A stretch of DNA of 64,000 bases from Phoronis australis (Eukaryota > Animalia > Phoronida). This document shows, one piece after another, positions 15,335 to 28,313 of this stretch. Under the pieces are notes generated by a model. The model saw only the letters and a list, made by a program, of their open reading frames with translations, made no database searches and had not been told where the DNA came from. The stretch spans positions 72,325-136,324 of the forward strand of contig NMRA01000809.1 of the NCBI GenBank assembly GCA_002633005.1. The letters run 5' to 3'. How positions within the stretch are numbered: the stretch's first letter is position 1; every line of letters begins with the position of its first letter. A program made the position numbers and the translations under genes.

Positions 15335-15457
15335 TCAGCACTTTGGTTTCAGTTTGTTATCCAGTATTGCCTGCCTTTGTTCTTTCTCTTCCTCAAGTTG
15401 TGATCTGTGTCTTTTCTTTGCAAATTCCATTTCCCCAATCAAGCGCATAGCTCGCAT
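15335..15457 (-). CDS. MRPL52: MRPL52 exon 5 (MRAMRLIGEMEFAKKRHRSQLEEEKEQRQAILDNKLKPKC*)
   Basis: ctgttgtag| acceptor, phase 0; C-terminal helix ending LKPK as in mL52. The spliced CDS is 423 nt (140 aa + stop). Confidence 0.92.
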   Translation of the reverse strand: MRAMRLIGEMEFAKKRHRSQLEEEKEQRQAILDNKLKPKC

Positions 15458-16645
15458 CTACAACAGACACGAAAACACCTGTGAAATGGAACCATCTCAA
15501 GAGGAATACAGAATAATTACATACAGTTAATCTGCTGCTATGCTCTTGGGAACAATTTATAAAGTTTGCACTGCATGCATCCGTTATTCACTGCTCACAG
15601 TCGTTATGTATTCTGAAGGAGTTGTTCACCTTACCAAAGAAACTTGAGCGGCGATCCCAGGGTTTTGACATGGAGCCATGCAAAGCCAGATTATCCATTA
15701 GGCTGAAAGGGTAATTCAAGGCCACACGGAAAATAGGGGTCCCGCCTTGTCGGCACAGAGCCCCGTGAAAGTTGTGTAAATGTGATGACCAGGAAAGGTC
15801 AAATTACTATGGATTCCAGACCTTTTATAGCTCAGAGGCCCCAAGAACCTCAATCCGACCATACAGCCATGTTATCAAACCTCATTAGCATATCATAATC
15901 GCATTTCAGTCCTGTCTTGATGTTAACAGCACCAGTTAACTTCGCAGTAAGCAAAAGCGTCGACGCTGCGATGCGGTATGAACAGTCAACTAGGGGCCAC
16001 TGCTATATAGTCAACAATTAAAAGGCAGTGTCATCGCTAATAGTAGCTTATATTTTGCTTGAATAATTACCAATCAAATTAGAAATAAGTTTCATGTCAA
16101 TTAGCACACGGAAATTTTCTCAAATTGTCACATTAAAAAAAAATCTTAGCGTGCACGGGATGCATCAGCGCTACCTTGCGATTACTTCGATAATGACAGC
16201 ATCACCTAACTGTTTACTTTGATGCCGTCAACTACCGAAGCTGGTATGAACGATTCAATTAACTTTGCAGTATATGTCGACATTCCACTCATAGTGGAGT
16301 TAAATTAGTATGAAATGGCCTTACAAGAAAATAAAGACAACAGATGATGTCATTTCCATGCTAGTTTGATATCTCGACAAAATATTGCCACAGCCTGCTT
16401 GCCTGCTGCGGTACTGCAGTTGCCACTAGCTATTACTCTCTAAATTCACAGGAAAATCAGCAAAAACTGGATGACTTTTCAGTCAAGCACAATGGTAAAA
16501 TAACTAAACTGTGTCCATTATTCTCCTTAATTAATATATAGTAAAGTCTAACTAATAGTAATAGCAACAGAATGTAAAATCCAAACTGACTGATAGTTTT
16601 ACTGTTTTATCATTGGTGGCCCATATAGATAGTAAACAGACTTAC

Positions 16646-16710
16646 AGCTAATTTTCTGTTTTCCTCTCTGCGTCTCAAAGTTCCTGCTGGCAAGGGTGCT
16701 GGCCTTCCAT
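16646..16710 (-). CDS. MRPL52: MRPL52 exon 4 (DGRPAPLPAGTLRRREENRKLA)
   Basis: tgttttttag| acceptor and |GTAAGT donor; 'DGRPAP...G.LRR' mL52 motif. Confidence 0.93.
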
Positions 16711-17340
16711 CTAAAAAACAAAAACACTTTATGAAGTGCAATTCCCGAGGTTTATGCCAGTAAAATAAGCACTTGATTTGTACCAAAATGTTGCCGTTTT
16801 GAAGGCAATGTTTGTCAGTTTGACACATTTTACTTAGTGCGAAAGGCATTTTGAAACTCTTTAGTTGATTTTTATAAAACAAAATTTAATAATTTTTCAA
16901 ACCGTAAGTGTGATGCTGTGACAAAGCCGCACAATGTTAAATGTCAAATTGTTAAGTACTGGAGTGGGACTAAAAATTGACGAGTGTTTTGACTACAAAC
17001 ACTTACTCAAACCAGTTGACATTTTTGGAATTGTTTACTGTATTACATTTCTGGTTTGAAGAATTGCTATTTCTAATTATTTCACTTTAAGAAATTCAAT
17101 AGAAAAGATTCAAAATACTGTAATAAATACTCTATTTTCCCTAACAAGTGCCCATGTCCTTATGAGCATCCCCTAACTGGTTTTTGAACTTCACAAATAT
17201 AAGCGCCCTCTCTTTTGGTTCAACAGATGACGTAAAACGGATGCTAACTTGCGTGTCTTTTCACAACTGTTAAAATGACTTCCAGTTTTTCTATTAATCT
17301 TGGTGATCCAGTAAATATCTTGCACTAAATTTCCAAGCCT

Positions 17341-17762
17341 CAGGGCTTGGAATGACCAATGACAAAAAACGCGGAAACTTTTACGGCCCAAATCATGCCC
17401 GATAACCAGCCTTGAAATGGTCAATGTGAATCTTTCCCCGACAAAAATCGGGAGGACTAACTAAAAAAAAGGTTACCTCCATCAGAAGCATGCGTCTGCA
17501 TCCTTTTAGCTCGCCCGTCCACTCCCAACCCACACATTTTTGGCTGCAGAGCGGCAGTATTTGTCGCCGCGCTTAACAATAACACGAGATGCCATTGAAA
17601 ATCACACCACGCTGTCCCAGATGCCCCGGCAATGTTGACAATTTATGTTCCTCCAAATCATAAAGAGCAACGGCAACTTCCGCTTTTCGAGGTGAACGTC
17701 GTCTGCAACGCCGCGGTAAGAAAGGAATTTGCCGCAGTTTCCGCAGAAAATTCCAAGCCCTG
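17341..17762. mobile_element. hAT-like MITE in MRPL52 intron 3
   Basis: Perfect 12-bp TIR CAGGGCTTGGAA/TTCCAAGCCCTG; 6-bp TSD AAGCCT. Confidence 0.75.
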
Positions 17763-18924
17763 AAGCCTGCAGCCTCTCTTACACGGCTAATGTTTATCAG
17801 ACACAAAGCAGTTCAAAACTTCCCTCATGTTTCAAGAACAGTAAATACCACATGATTTCACCTCGACCAATCATAAAAATTGTTATGAATGCACGCTAAC
17901 TGCAAGTGGCTTGATGAGATAACAGGGAATCCCTATTTATTACCCAATCAGAGTTCATATTGCATCTGATTTCTGTAGCAACTGATAACAATTTAGCGGT
18001 TTGAAGGTTAACAAAATATACAAAACATCAGATCAATAAGTTTGAAAGCTACATAACACAACTGCCAGGTAATTTTTTTCAGATTAGGCTCCCCTTTTTA
18101 CGACTTTCCTAATACCTTGGGTGCTTATTAGAGAAAATACGATAGTAAGTATAGTATACCAAATTGATCAGAAATGTTATGTACAAAAAAAGGTTTCCCA
18201 TTAAGATAGACTACACATGTACATCTGCAGCTGAAAACTAGCTTAGCTATCATATTGGGTACAAATGCATACTAAAGGCGTTGTTTTAATTTTGCTTTTG
18301 TTCTGAAACGAGGTGAGATATCACTTAAAAGTTTTCCACAACTATACTGTGTCCGCGAGGAGCTCAGGCGGTGTTTTTAGCAGGTTACACCATCTCAAAT
18401 ATGTTTCATCTTACTTTAAAGTTGCACATATTTGGGCTACAGAGTATGTGGTATGCGAAGCTGTGTCCCTCATTGTCCCAGTAGACACTTAAAAGTCCAG
18501 ATAAGACCCATGTATTTGGTGCAGAGCACAGTTGAATGGGTTAGTCATGCCCAGTATCCAACAGGTGGCCTTGTCATCTTACATGAAGATGATTTATGAA
18601 ATCATATGTAAATTGAGACTCTGATCTTGCTTCTTTAAAGGAGTATTATTGTTTGCAGTGGAATAATGTGTCATATAAAAAGGTTATTTAAAGTAGCCAC
18701 AGACTTACTTCACGAAAACTAATTTTTAATTTAGACCACTTACCATGATTATGAGATTGGTTACTTTCTTGGAGAGAATATGAGTTTATCATGAATGGCT
18801 GCTTTATGTGAAAATGTGGCATTTCCTTCATAAAGAAAAAATGCGTATTTCATTTTAATGAGTAACAGTAAAAATTGCAACGTTCATAAATGTATGGTAT
18901 GTTGTGATGGATGTAGAATTATAC

Positions 18925-18992
18925 CTGCGTAACTCCAATCAGAAACTTCTGTCAATGGCCCGTACTCATAACCTGTGGCTGGCAACCCATGT
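18925..18992 (-). CDS. MRPL52: MRPL52 exon 3 (HGLPATGYEYGPLTEVSDWSYA-D)
   Basis: Matches the mL52 core 'GL.....YGPLTELPDWSYADGRPAP'; tattttag| acceptor and G|GTATAA donor. Confidence 0.93.
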
Positions 18993-19144
18993 CTAAAATA
19001 TGAACACAGTTATCAAACAAGGAAACTCTGTGATCTTGATCAAATGTTTCAGACATAAAGGAAAAACACCGATGTACAGTGTCTGCAAACTAGAACTACC
19101 GTACTCATCTGTATGCCCTAGGCACTTAAATTATCAACAAACTA

Positions 19145-20383
19145 AACAAGGACAACGCGGGGTGTTGAAATGCGTCCATAAATGCATCGCAAATGGTGTG
19201 GTTTTAGGGTTATTTATTTGTATCATAAAAATGGCCACTAGATGGCGCAAAAATGTACAATCCATCCAAAAATGGGAACACGCAATATTTCATAAAAATC
19301 TATCAAGGAACTTCAGAGAAACAAAGGAAAACAGAACAAAATGAAATTGCCACTTGTGGGCACAGCATCCGTTGGATCCACATGAAAGTCGTCATCGTCT
19401 GTTGTTATCTTCATATAAATACGATTACTAAATTTAATAAAGATCCTGCAGTGGGTTTAGGAGATACAGCTATGGGCGCAAAACAAAACAAAACTACCAC
19501 TAGGAGGCGCCACAGTAGTCAGTGGGCATCATCAAACGTCCTCTTCACACTGAGAACATATACGCCAAAACACACATGCCAATTTTCACAATTATCCTGA
19601 AAGCGGTTTGGTTGATAGACGAGTGGATGCCAAAAACAGACTCAAAAACAGTAAAAATGCCCACTAGGTGGCGTAAACTAGGTCAAATCCATCTGAAAAC
19701 AAAGATATAACGTCACCTTAGTAACAGATGTCTGTATGCCAAATTTTATGAAAATACGTTGAAGACCTTTGAAGATACAGAGGTAAACGTAAAAAAATAA
19801 AATTGCCACTAGGTGGCACACCAGTATTCAGATCTGTCCGAAAGTTGTCGTCCTTCGTTGTTAACATCATATAAATATATTTACTAAATTTAGTACAGAT
19901 CCTTCGAATGGTTTAGGAGATACAGCCATAGGTGCAAAAAAAAAAAAAAACTGCCACTAGGAGGCGCCACAGTAGTCAATGTCTTCGGAAAATCATCGTC
20001 ATCCGTCCACTTCATAGTAAGAACATACATGCCAATTTTCACAATCATCCTTTGAGCGGTGGCGCAAACTACGTCAAATCCATCCAAAAATGGGAGGATA
20101 GCGTCATCTCACTAATAGATGCTTATGTGCTAAATTTTATAAAAATCCATTTAGGACTTTTGAAGATACAGAAGTAAACGTAAAAAACTAAAATTGCTAC
20201 TAGGGGGCAGACCGGTAGTCAGATGTGTCCAAAAGTTCGCTCATACCGTCCCATCCATGGAAGGAACACACGTGCAAAATTTCATGAACATACGTCAAGG
20301 CGTCTTGGAGATAGAGTAGCGGACGCCAGACGCCGAATGGACGGCATAATGTGTACACATATAAATATGTGGGCGCATAAAAA
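19145..20383 (+). mobile_element. Helentron-associated (HINE-like) non-autonomous element with tandem core repeats
   Basis: Starts AACAAG; subterminal IR atgcgtcc/gggcgcat; tandem units with CCACTAGGWGGCG; gacg-rich stretch; 3' hairpin followed by an A-run. Confidence 0.6.
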
Positions 20384-20473
20384 TCAGGAAGAAGACATTA
20401 AGCCGAGCATGAACTGGTTATACCAAGCTGGGGAATGCAACTTCACATGCAGCAGCCAAACAAAACATCTGCC

Positions 20474-20743
20474 AGATATAGACATACACCGTTTGTTAGC
20501 CACGGATATAGACATACACCGTTTGTTAGTCACGGATATAGACATACACCGTTAGTCACAGATATAGACATACACCGTTTGTTAGTCACGGATATAGACA
20601 TACACCGTTAGTCACAGATATAGACATACACCGTTTGTTAGTCACGGATATAGACATACACCGTATGTTAGTCACGGATATAGACATACACCGTTTGTTA
20701 GTCACAGATATAGACATACACCGTTAGTCACAGATATAGACAT
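20474..20743. repeat. Minisatellite, 28/32-bp unit gatatagacatacaccg(tttg)ttagtcacr
   Basis: About 9 tandem copies are directly visible. Confidence 0.95.
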
Positions 20744-20785
20744 AAAATCTCTCAGCATTAGATCACTATCACCAAATGTGATTAA

Positions 20786-21069
20786 GGTTATGTATGACCC
20801 TATCCATAAGCCTGTGTGTATTTAGTCAAATATCTACAAAACTATAAAAATATATTTTCTGAACTTGGAAATCATAAACTAGAATGAACAAGTCGGTCAG
20901 TAATACTAAAGCAAAAAGGGTTCGTTCCTAGCAAAAGAACGGTAACAACATGAGCAAATTTCGTTTATATAAATGTTCAAGACGAAATCTCAAAAACGCT
21001 CAGCCTAATAGTTTTTTAAACTAGTCGTTTCTGAGATACGATGTTCTGAGGTTACGGTCCTACACAACC
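20786..21069. mobile_element. TTAA-flanked MITE family, copy 2
   Basis: TTAA|GGTTATGTATGACC … GGTCCTACACAACC|TTAA. Confidence 0.65.
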
Positions 21070-21100
21070 TTAAAAAAACATAACAACATGGCTTGCATAC

Positions 21101-21236
21101 TCAATGTTCCATAGTCTCTTAGTAAATACGTTGTTGTCAAAAGGCCTCGGTGTCTTCTTTCTTGCATATAAAGTGTTGAGTGTGGAGAAAGACCTGTGAA
21201 AATTGCTCACCAGTTTGCAGCGTGGACATGCAATAC
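21101..21236 (-). CDS. MRPL52: MRPL52 exon 2 (IACPRCKLVSNFHRSFSTLNTLYARKKTPRPFDNNVFTKRLWNIE; transit-peptide-like)
   Basis: tttttacag| acceptor and GA|GTATGC donor; phase 1 in, phase 2 out, in frame with neighbouring exons. Arg/Ser-rich 'RSFSTL' targeting-like sequence. Confidence 0.85.
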
Positions 21237-21940
21237 CTGTAAAAACCAGCAAAAGCAGTAATTACCGACAGACCTAGAAACGGGCCGCCTATCATATTAG
21301 CAGCTTTGTTTTGCTACAGTACATCTGTAAAATAAGCAGTTTTTACACTATGGTAGAAACTAAGACTTACAATCATTATTTTGAAATAGTTCCAGTTCCC
21401 GTATTCCGCACTCCCGCTGAGTGCCGTTCTTCTTGACCGTGAGGTAACATTATAACGATTGTACAACAGTGGCGCTGTGCACACGACGGGTACATTTCGC
21501 CGTTTTTCGTCCTTCAGAACCCTCGGGAAGGGGTCATCCCGCATTCATGGATATTTATCCCGCTTATACCACTTCCTTGAATCGACATTGCAGCCCACGG
21601 CACAGCAGTAATACTTTGCCGGCATGACTTAAATATGATATAAAACATAAAGTGTTCAGACGACAGATGCTAATATGTAAATCTCCGTAAGAGTGAAAGC
21701 AAGGCTGCTGACCTGCCTGCCGTATCTGGAGGTGTGCCGCTATTTTGTACCTCATGGCATGCGAGAGCGATCAGTGTGGAAGGCGAGTGTTGATAAAAAT
21801 TTAATGTTGGCAGTTCAGGTGACAATATACCATGTTCTGATGACAAAACAACTTTATTCAAAAGCATAGTTGCTCTCTCAAAGCAACTTTTTGGCGAATT
21901 ATGCCTCACATTGATTAAAAAATCACGTTTTTATAAGTAC

Positions 21941-22941
21941 CTTTTGCATATAGAGGGAGAACTTAGGAGTCCGTCGATGTCTTTAATTCCTTCCAACTAA
22001 AACTTTTTCTTCGAGCAGTCCTTCATTCAGTTCCCAAAATCGGAAACTGGCCATTTTTAACAATGCGCGCGGCAGGTGGTATGATGTCATATCCCCTGGC
22101 GTGCGAGGGACTGCTCAAAGAAAAAATTTGATAACGGGAATATTTGTTTGAGTTGGAATAGCCGTGGTACAAAGCGGTAAACTAAATATACAGCTTTGCG
22201 CTGATGTGGGTAAAAAAGTGGTAAGATAAAATCTGACACAAAATTAGCGTAATTAAAACTATAGTCTTCCTTGAGTAAACTAAATTATTTAACGGTGTTG
22301 AAATAAATGGCGTTCTACCGTTATTCTGTAGCTAAAGTTGTGGAGAGATCTTGTGCGTCGGCTTTCAGCGCCATGAAATATTGCATCACCTATTGGCCAG
22401 TTTCTTTTTTCAATGGTTCTTCAATCAATTGTTGTTCTTTCACGAGGTTTGCATACATGTCGCAACAAATTATTTGAACTGGTTTCACTTCATTATAAGT
22501 TTTTAGAATTTCGATACTGAAAAACCGAATTTCAGAACAAATTTTGCTGCTGCAAAGTTGTCACAAAAATTTAGGAAATGGTGCGTGTGTGTGATACGAG
22601 TGTACTGTTTTCAAAACAACATACTTTTCTTTGTTACAAAAATGACGTTTGTTGCATTGTTTTTCGCTTAAACGGTTGTAACGGGCAAGGTGAGTGTCAG
22701 TTGATTCACAGATTTTGCATGCACCCTGTCTGGTCTTTAGCTCTACATGTTGATACAGGTTTGATGGCGAGTTGATGAGCAGAACTACCCTGGCTGAGTG
22801 CAATTTCGCGGTTTATGGAAGAAATACACACAGTGGTACCTAGCTGTACGACAGCCTTCATACAGCTAGCTGGCTAAGGCTAGAGTTGGAAGGAATTAAA
22901 GACATTGATGGCCTCCTAAGGTGTCCCTCTATGCGCAAAAG
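21941..22941. mobile_element. ~1-kb TIR element in MRPL52 intron 1
   Basis: ~55-bp imperfect inverted repeats cttttgcatatagaggg…ttccttccaact / agttggaaggaa…ccctctatgcgcaaaag. Confidence 0.65.
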
Positions 22942-23459
22942 ACACACACACGCACATGCACACGCACACACACACATTTTGAAAAGCAACGATCTAAAGA
23001 AATCGTAGATTAGTTAAGTTTTTGGTGACTCCTTCCATTAAACATGGCGGTAATTACTACCGTGTACCGGGAAATAGTGCGAGCAGAAATTTCACGATAA
23101 AATATTAAAATATTAAAAGAACGGGGTAGGAAGAATTTCTGTGTATTTTTGGAAAGATAACTTTGAAAAGAATTAAACGATACCAAAATCATATGTGTAA
23201 GTCAATGTCGTCATATTTTAAACAATTACTTATAACTCTACATCACATGTTATGATGTTGATAAGTTTCACGACGAGGAGACGAGCAAAACTACCCGGCC
23301 GTGAAATTTCGAAGTCTACTGGAGCTGAACACACACTCCTAGTGGCATTTTGACGATAGTCTTCATACAGACAGCTGGCTGGCTAACTCTTAGACAGTGA
23401 TCACCGTCTGTAGTTGAACTACAACTAGAGACGGTGGTCACTGCCCAGCTAACTCTCAC

Positions 23460-23490
23460 CTAACAAACCTATCCTTGTGGGGGCCGCCAT
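23460..23490 (-). CDS. MRPL52: Mitochondrial ribosomal protein mL52, exon 1 (MAAPTRIGLL-G)
   Basis: aaaATGGCGG start context and donor G|GTGAG; phase 1 matches the exon 2 acceptor. Confidence 0.8.
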
Positions 23491-23493
23491 TTT
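23483..23493 (-). promoter_or_regulatory. YY1-like motif (AAAATGGCGG) overlapping the MRPL52 start codon
   Basis: Sequence match to the YY1 consensus, which is common at housekeeping-gene starts; binding not shown. Confidence 0.35.
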
Positions 23494-23773
23494 GGAAATA
23501 AGTCTGATAGTTAGCGTCATCTGGCGGTCAAAGTTCTGACGCGAATCGCCGGGCTCCGATGGCATTGCGGGCCCGGACCACCCGAAAACTATTTTTTTAA
23601 ATAGGGGCCTATAAACAAACTCGAAGACATGCATCGTTGGTATATAGTGAAAACGAGAAATGCAGGTGAAAAGGCTTATAAAATACAACTTGCCGCCCTT
23701 CGGGGTGGGGGGGCAGGGACTCAGTAGCCACTGCATGACTATGTTGCTCATGCGCGCACCCGGGGGGGGGGGG

Positions 23774-24187
23774 NNNNNNNNNNNNNNNNNNNNNNNNNNN
23801 NNNNNNNNNNNNNNNNNNNNNNNNNNNNNNNNNNNNNNNNNNNNNNNNNNNNNNNNNNNNNNNNNNNNNNNNNNNNNNNNNNNNNNNNNNNNNNNNNNNN
23901 NNNNNNNNNNNNNNNNNNNNNNNNNNNNNNNNNNNNNNNNNNNNNNNNNNNNNNNNNNNNNNNNNNNNNNNNNNNNNNNNNNNNNNNNNNNNNNNNNNNN
24001 NNNNNNNNNNNNNNNNNNNNNNNNNNNNNNNNNNNNNNNNNNNNNNNNNNNNNNNNNNNNNNNNNNNNNNNNNNNNNNNNNNNNNNNNNNNNNNNNNNNN
24101 NNNNNNNNNNNNNNNNNNNNNNNNNNNNNNNNNNNNNNNNNNNNNNNNNNNNNNNNNNNNNNNNNNNNNNNNNNNNNNNNNNNNNNN
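23774..24187. other. Assembly gap (Ns) upstream of MRPL52
   Basis: N run that follows a G homopolymer. Confidence 0.99.
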
Positions 24188-24364
24188 AGGCCGGTGGTGG
24201 TAGAGGTGGTGTGCTTGATCTTCTTCTGGATACGAGACGCTGGCTGGATGGCAACAGCGTTACTGACATCGTAGAGGTGGAGCTGGCTTGATGGCAACAG
24301 CTTAGAGTTGGTTCACATGAAGCCGGCTTACTGGCAACAGCTGTCATGCTACTGATTGCTTGTC

Positions 24365-24919
24365 TTTATACTGCCCCGTCGGGACAATGTCGATCATAAA
24401 TGGTATTTCACTCGTTAAATATATTTATGTGAGCATATGGACTCGTCTTACTCCTTTTCCCCCTCATCTCGGTCTATTCCATTATTCCTTTGTGCAGGAC
24501 TACACGTCGTTTCCCAGCCTTCGCAGTGGTCTGCTGTTATCACGTGCCTCGAGTTTGGTCACCTCTTGGCTCTTATAGGCTGACGATTGTCACGTGTCTT
24601 TAGGGGCGTTTTTCTTTGTTATTGTAACCTCTCTTTCAGTTCACCTTGTTCCGGCCACATTGTCGTACGTCAAAACTCATTCAATTTTCCCACCCTCTTC
24701 CTCCCAGTTTTCGTCATTCTCTCGTACTTCCACGGGGCCGGCGCTTTTTATTGCCCATCTTACCAGAGATTACCTATTATACGTTATTTACCTGTATTCA
24801 TTATATTGTAATTGTATTAGTCATAATAAATGACCTTATATCGCCTACCTCGGTCTCCTTTTCATCTCTGGTAACGAGCTTGCGACGCACGTTATTCGGG
24901 ACATATGTCGATCATAAAT
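24365..24919. repeat. Dispersed repeat with terminal direct repeat; partial second copy at 4103-4291
   Basis: cgggaca(t)atgtcgatcataaat at both 24380 and 24897; 24740-24918 is nearly identical to 4103-4291. Confidence 0.7.
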
Positions 24920-27900
24920 TTACGGTACAGAAAACAATTATGAGCTTGAGCTTCGCTATGAGACGGGTCTCCAGCGTCAAGTCGTTTATGAAGTCTGTGA
25001 TAGTTTTAACATGTAGGATTTAGGATTTTTTGTTTTCGTTTTGGGAAAAGCTACCCGCCTCACTGAGCTCTCAGATTTTTACTGGACACTGCAATCGAGC
25101 TCGGCATCGAAGCATCACAGGCCACGTGACATGCTCAAACTGCCTTAGTGTGGCGAGGAAGCCGAGACTCCACTTCATCTAATCGACATTTGCGTCACCT
25201 ATGAAACACTCGCAACCTACTAGGATACGTGATGAACACATAACCTGCTTGGGGGAAATCGCTAGAACTCATAGTAGCATTTCAACTCCGTCCTGAGGGA
25301 AACTGACAGATTGGAAGACTTTACCCATGCATGAGTAACTCCGAGTTGGCCGGGGTCTCCATGACTCATAATCAGTTGATCAATGGGCCGACCCTTGTGG
25401 GCTAGAAAGCACGCTTGGTGCACCGCAAAAAGCATCAGGACACCTGCCTACCCTCTGACATAGCGCTATCTATACTGAAAAGTGGCCCTACCTTTCGTAG
25501 CACTGTGAAAAAGTGTAGGCGGCACCTGCCCCTCTTCTTCCGGTATCAACAAACAATCGAAATACCAATACTTATATGTTGGCGCAATTAATGAAAATTA
25601 GAACTATGCATAACTGTGAAAATAATAACAAAACAAAGTGTGGATTAGTGCCAGAATAAAAACAAGTTTTATTGTTTACTGAGTAAGCTTGTTGTTCGAG
25701 ATGTGACTCGTGAACATCTCTATTGTTTCTGAAGAGATGACATGTTGTGGGAGTCTATTCCAGAGTAAAATAGTAGATAGGAAGAAAGAATATGCGTACT
25801 ATGCAGTGCGGATGTATGATCTCTCAAAGGTATGAGAGCTGGGAGTTCTAGAAATATGCCGGAAGGTATGTATGGGGAATGGCAACCAGATTGTGTACGG
25901 CCTTGCACATGAGAGACAGTACGCCTTTTGCTAAAAATTATCTGTTCACCGTCAGTATAGACATTGTCTTTAATCTTTTCATCAGAAACGACTTCTGGCC
26001 GTATCATGTCAAATTATTGATCATGGACTCCTGCAATAACCATATGTCAGCAAATTGCCGAAGCCACAAACCATTTACAATCTAATTAAGGAATAAGTTG
26101 AGATTTGGCAATTTTATAAAGACATTTCAAGTGATCAAAACCAAAGTTTGTTGACTTAGGCCACAGAACTGTAGAACCCTATGCCTAGACATGTCCAAAT
26201 GAACTTTCTAGTCACGTCTTGTATACATTGTGAGCTCACAAGTTTTCACCCATGGATACAGATTCAACGAACGAAGCACAAGATCTTCGGAACCATATCA
26301 GCGTAAGATGGTTGCCTCTGAGTTTGTGAGGGTTTATTGTTAAGTTCGGGAGATGTAATGGTTTCTGTTCCATAGGTGAAGATTTCTTCTACCCCAGAAG
26401 TTCTCGAAAATATCTTTGACTTGCGAAACACCACCATGAGCCCAGTGCTTTGTGCTAGCAGAAAATGGTCAGTTATTTATTGCGGTCAAAATGTTTTACA
26501 ATAGAGAGTTGCAGCTATCCGTTTTGATTCAGGAAAAACGTACCAATGGCTATGACGTAAACAGGTAATACAGGTAAAACTTAGAAGTAAGCCGCTTTAT
26601 AGGTTTGTTAGCCATTCAGATTTTGGACATGTTTTCCGTAACCACGAGACCAGTGACATCTCTTTACGTCACAGCTTTCCCTTCCCTTCCCTTGAACCGA
26701 AGCTGAAAGTCTTGCTTCCACTTCCCCCATCATTGTTGAGAGTCGTTCTTGCCTCTCTATTCGCATACAAAGTCCTTTCTTTCATCTACACTTTCAACCA
26801 TAGGAGCTGAAAACAGGTAACCATATGAAGAAACAGTGCTTGGAAAATGTGAACTAAGATTTCAAATTTAAAGATACACTTTCTTTACATTCATCAATCC
26901 AAATCACATCACCAGCTTCGTCAGAAAGTTTCCGCTAAAATGTAAACACTTCAGCCCTTTTTGAGTTTGCTTTCTTGTGCTATCATTTTTAAAAAGTAGG
27001 CGGGCTTTCCAAGGAAGTCTCAATACGTATGGCGGCAGTTGAGTGAGTACCCATACTACATGAGTCAGATGTCACCCGTTTTCGGTGGTGGTGGTGGCGC
27101 ACAACCAATAATAAAAATCAAACTAAAAATTTATATACAATTCTGTTAAGTTTAAAAATATTTGGAATTTTATTGAATGAGCTTTATTTGGACTTAGTTT
27201 TCGACTAAACTAACTAACGTTAAAATCGATTTCTCGATTTTTAAAACTAAAATGAAGCGGAAATGGTATCTTTAAAATCAGAAAACGGATATGAAATTTT
27301 CATACATGAGTGGTTGAAACCGCTGTTATTGAATCAATACCCCTTTCTTGTGCCAACAAAATTGAAATCGATGAAGTGTATGATACCGCAACAATACTAT
27401 CTTACAGTAGCTATTGATTATCAAGAATTTTAATAGATTGCAAGACTGAAACGAAAAAACATACCTCATCATACGCAAAAGTCAACATTGTCAAACATCA
27501 TTACGAGTCTTGTAGAAAGTTTGCTTATCATTAAATTGGACTGGTTAATTACGAAGATTTCTATAGCCAATATTTGAGAAGACTGTAATTCTATTTGAAA
27601 GGGTTATCATGTTGTAAGCAACCGAATGGTTAGAAGCCAATTCGGAAATCGGCGGTGTGTAACGAAATAACAAATGACTTAACCGAATGTGTTGTTTTAA
27701 CACTCTGGTGAAAGTTTAATTGCAACAAGTTTATACAACCCATCCCGAAAAATACGTTTTAATTATATTCGATTGTGTAACTTCAAGCCACTGCTTTGAG
27801 TACAGCCGTAAAATATATCAATTTCTGTCTCGAGTGCATATATTGAACGGAAACTAACGAATACCAGATCAAGTTACTGAAGAGCCAACAATGGCATCTT

Positions 27901-27955
27901 AGGAGTCTGAACCACAACTTTGGTAGATATCGGCGAGTGCTGTGGCAATATTAAA

Positions 27956-28313
27956 ATGTGTGCTTTTTCAGTATTTTCTACTTTCCTTGTTGTTGTTATT
28001 GTTGTTGGGCACACCGTAAATGGCTTGCTAGAGACCGCACAGTTCCAGAGGAAAGATAATACCCGCGTTATTTTCCAGACTAATCGCATCAACTTTACTT
28101 CACCCTCAGTTATACACTGCGCGTCGTTTTGCCTGCAGCACCAGAGAGATGACGTGGTCAACCAGTTTTCCTGCCGACACTTCAATTATCATATAACGGA
28201 GAAAATTTGTGAGACTGGAAAAGGACTGATCAACATGGCGTCTACTGAGAACTGGTCGGTGTACAATAGGACCATTGACGCGCCTTCTTCGGAGTCTGTT
28301 CTGCTGAAAAACA
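27956..28313 (+). CDS. Secreted PAN/apple-like + 4x repeat protein, exon 1 (signal peptide + PAN-like domain)
   Basis: ATG 27956; hydrophobic MCAFSVFSTFLVVVIVVGHTVNG; 'S.IHCASFC...C..FNY.....C' PAN/apple cysteine pattern; donor A|GTGAGT, phase 1. Confidence 0.8.

Noticed and set aside
17461-17806. Apparent extra exon/ORF with a GT donor in MRPL52 intron 3
   Set aside because: Lies mostly inside the 17341-17762 MITE, has stops, and mL52 is complete without it.
20474-20743. CRISPR-like regular repeats (also 56106-56291 and 61085-61300)
   Set aside because: No unique spacers, no cas genes, and eukaryotic context; these are minisatellites or TE subterminal repeats.
23449-24347. Long ORFs of 199-282 aa
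   Set aside because: Artefacts of translating through the N gap; only the MAAPTRIGLLG end is real (MRPL52 exon 1).
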